DNA of 64,000 nt, taken from contig NC_092672.1 in NCBI RefSeq assembly GCF_964355755.1, positions 7,192,001 through 7,256,000 of the forward strand, written 5' to 3'. Source of the stretch: Antedon mediterranea (Eukaryota > Animalia > Echinodermata). The number at the start of each line of letters is the position of its first letter. The stretch's first letter is position 1. Shown here one piece after another: positions 60,447 through 64,000 of the stretch. The notes below the pieces were generated by a model, which made no database searches, had not been told where the DNA came from, and saw only the letters and a program-made list of their open reading frames with translations. The position numbers and the translations under genes were made by a program.

Positions 60447-63166
60447 ATGGCAGGTCTTGTTATATGTGAACCAACTGTTCTATACAATATATTGCAACAG
60501 TATACAACTTATCCATGTCTAAGTGACCCTAATTATTTACTCCTTTTAGGTAAGAATAAATTAGTTTAGTTGTAGCCTTCTTCTATCCTATATATGAATG
60601 ATATATGATTCTGAATCAGGCTGTCTTATAATATTTAGAGCCTACTAACATTTAGGCTACTACGAACCATGGAGGCAGGTATACCTCTAGGGCCTAGAGT
60701 GCCAGTGTACTTGATCTCTTTTAAAATAGCATTTTTACTATCTTAAATAACTGCATGAGTAAGAAGTATGTGTAATGACAATCATTTTACTGCATATAGG
60801 CACAAAGTATTCAGATTTTTCTTGGTAGTAGTAAGTGCAATTTTTAAATAATGTATTAACATTCTATTACTTCAGATGCAAGGAAAACTAACGAATACAA
60901 TGAAAGTCACATTATCACATCAAAACGAGCACCAAGGGTATGTGACTATTGTAATTAACGTAGATTGTTATTAATAACAAACTGTATAGTGTGTTTACAA
61001 GTCTTCAACTTGTTTTACGTTTTTCATATTGAGACAACTGCAATGAGACTGACTACTGACTTTAACAATTACATTTTTAGTATAGGCTTTACACATACAG
61101 GATTTTTCATTTTTACTTTTTGAGATACTGTAGGCTTCAACATCCCGGATTAAATCCCAAGTGTAGCCACACCTGCAATAGATACATCACCATATTTTCT
61201 CTATTTTTTTATTATATAGTCTCCTGAAGATGAATTCCTAGTTCCTTATGACTCTGAGTTAGAATGTAAACTGCATGTCGTGGTCCTAGATAATAACACA
61301 AGAACACTAAAAGACAATGGTAAGCAAACTTATTCCATGAAGAATATCTTGAAACTAAAAATCCAAATTCTAATATTTAAAATGTATTCTGAAACCTGAC
61401 TTTGGGTCAGTCTACAAGGGTGTCAATCTGGTTTAGATGACAGGCATTACTTTATAGTGAACCCTTATCAATTAAACATTTTTATTATTATAATAATATT
61501 AGTTATCATATGTAGATTAGGATTTGTCATTAATGCATGATGGTACAGTACTACATATAATATGTTGTTTTCTTAGGTCCTGCCATAGCATGTGGCCGTG
61601 TGATGTCAGCAATGGGTAGTAAAAATCCAGTGAAGATCTTACGTGGTGGATATGAAGATTTTTCAGCACTTTACCCGTTTCTACGAACACAAACAATAAT
61701 TTACATGCCAAGGGAATTAGACGCATTGAAGACGTACCCAATTGAGATTCTACCAGGGAAGCTGTACCTGGGTAGCTATGATCAAGGATGTGATGCTAGT
61801 ATTCAGAAGGATCTCAAACTAAAAGCACATGTCAATGTGTCCAATGAAGAGGACACCTTGTAAGTATTTTCAAAAATAGGATATTATTTTTGATGTGTGA
61901 AATACTCTTAAAAAGCAGAAGTTTAAACATTAATTCATAACAACAGGCAAAAGAAATGGTATTATTGACAACAGAAGAAAATTTGGGAAAATAAAAAAGC
62001 AGGTGAAAAGGTTTAGCTTTTAAGAATACAATGGTCAAAGGATTTTGTTTGTCCCAATTGGTTTATTGTTTCTTTTAGCACTATTGAGTGTAAAATATGA
62101 TTTAAATAAAAAAGAAAAAGCTCAGATTCCTCATTGTCATTGACACAACAATAGAGACAGTGGCTTAATGCAGAGGCCTGAGGATCCTGGTTTAGGAACG
62201 CCAACGCTGGAAGCATCAGGCATTTTCAGCCCTTTTCTACACATTTAAAGCCTGTTGTTTCCCCCAGAACCGCTCATAGCTGTTAACGCCACTGAATAGA
62301 GCTTTGCGTTGAATTTCAATTTTTACTTGTTTTAACAGATTTCAAGATGATTCTACTGGGGATGTATTCACTCTTCCTGCAATGGATGACAGCGATGCAA
62401 ACCTATTCTCATATCTACCATATGTCTGCCAATTTATTTGTAAGCACAATACAGAAATATTTAGCTTTTGATCGTAACATTCACCTAGAAAATTGAAACT
62501 TTAAAATGAAGATATATTCCACTTTTGATTAATTGTAAAAGTTTAAGATGAATTAAGAAAACATATCTAACCACTTTTGAGTGTTTTTTTCAATTTTTTT
62601 TTTTACTTTTCATTCAGGTAAAAAACTTGAAGAAAACAAGACAGTTTTAGTATTCAGCAAACTTGGAATTAGTCGATGTGTTAGTGTTGTTCTTGCATAC
62701 TTAATGAATTTTTACAAGTGGCCTTTACATGTAAGTAGTCAGTATGCAAATAACATTAAGAAATATGCTAAACAGTGTGTATATTGGTCATTCAAGTATG
62801 GTGACATGCCTAGAGCTCTGTCTGCACTATCAAACTAGTTTGACCAAAAAAAAGTGTGATGTGCCCAAATATGGTAGTCATATACCCAAATATGGTAGTG
62901 ATATGACATCAACATGTCCATTATGAGTATATCACATTTTGTGTTACATAACGTTTGATAGTGTAAACAGAGCTTAATATAACTAATTCAAGTTTCTTGA
63001 ATACATAATTAACAACATTTTGTTTTTATTATAGGATGCCTATAAACATGTGCTTGAGTGCAAACAAAATATCCGCCCTCATCGTACATTTGTGCAACAG
63101 TTGTCTAAATGGGAAGAATCGCTATTTGGAGAGGCTATCACAAACGTTCAAGATCCAAATTATTAA
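60447..63166 (+). CDS. STYXL1: STYXL1 / MK-STYX pseudophosphatase (rhodanese + inactive DSP domain)
   Basis: [40 protein letters not shown] matches human MPGLLLCEPTELYNILNQ; [19 protein letters not shown]; [13 protein letters not shown]; catalytic loop VFSKLGISR lacks the HC of HCX5R; last exon 63035-63166. Confidence 0.93.
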
Positions 63167-63779
63167 TTTATCAAATTCAAAACTTTTTTTTCTGCTTCTT
63201 ATTTCAAATTGTATTTTGTATTAAATAGTGATTTGGAGTTTGACTTTGGTTTATATTTGTTAATTTAATTATTTATAACAGGTGGCACTTTTTTGCCCTT
63301 TTCAGCTTTAAAATAATTGAAGATGACATTAATTTTATAAAACATGTCTCGGCTGGGATTGCTATAGTATAGAAATCAAATTATTATTATTATAGAATAC
63401 AGAAAAATAATGGTTACTATGCACTAGCAGTGAACAGAATATGCATATTTTATGTATATGTTTCTATGTATATTTGCTGTTTTATTTTTAAGTTTGACAA
63501 TCTAAAGATTCTTTTTACAATTTTAATCTCAAGGTTTGTAAATATTTTGTATATTTGTTTGAACCAAATTGTTTAAAGGCTAAAATCGACAACAATTGTA
63601 TATGTAAATATATTTTGTTTATTCTGAATATTTCTGAACTTTATGTAAAATATAATTCTACATTATGGTACTGTACAGTATTTTAAAATTTGAATGTTTT
63701 TATTATATTTTATACATTAACATGAATGTTAATAGAACTTGAATAAAAGAGTTTAAAATCTATTTACTATTAATCTGTA

Positions 63780-64000
63780 TCATTGCACGACAAGACCTTG
63801 GAACGATAATGCTCGTTCTATTAATTTTTTTCCTTGTTCACAAAGACTTCCACCATCTTGAAACTCATCTGACAGTTCTCTCCATGTGATTGCTACTCTC
63901 CGGGAAACAATCGCCCCTCGAGGTATAGAATGTTTCCATATGTGTCTAGCATCACCTTGAAGAACAACGAGACTCCTTTGTAAAAGTGGTATTCTCACTA
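63780..64000 (-). CDS. ALKBH4: ALKBH4 (2OG-Fe(II) dioxygenase), last exon; gene continues off the right edge
   Basis: IPLLQRSLVVLQGDARHIWKHSI..RRVAITWRELSDEF..ALSFQG matches the ALKBH4 C-terminus (PLPARSLLVLTGAARHQWKHAI..RRVCVTFRELSAEF..ALSFQG). Confidence 0.88.
   Translation of the reverse strand, partial: VRIPLLQRSLVVLQGDARHIWKHSIPRGAIVSRRVAITWRELSDEFQDGGSLCEQGKKLIERALSFQGLVVQ

Overview
AT-rich, intron-rich animal genomic DNA; an invertebrate deuterostome, probably an echinoderm, is inferred from Deu-type SINEs, abundant TAGGCCTA and gene content. Left to right: 5' part of RMND1 (-); a 2-exon stathmin-domain gene (+); two tandem kinase-less Roco genes with ankyrin-Roc-COR-death domain architecture (-); major vault protein (-); a secreted LDLa x9-TSP1-trypsin protease (+) with a recent 2-kb in-frame duplication of four LDLa exons; MDH2 (-) head-to-head with the pseudophosphatase STYXL1 (+); and the 3' end of ALKBH4 (-). 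Roco copy A (5.4-19.6 kb) reads through intact by manual exon phasing. Copy B (21.2-34.9 kb) is broken by an apparent 8-nt deletion and by a 938-bp exonic transposon with a 9-bp TSD, and hosts an intact single-ORF L2-type LINE whose 5' end is complementary to its 3' tail. The two Rocos share unusually similar ankyrin N-termini but carry different classes of death domain. Many MITEs, SINEs, a Helitron, a Helentron-type element and minisatellites are present. Exon coordinates were read by eye and may be off by a few bases; no database searches were run.
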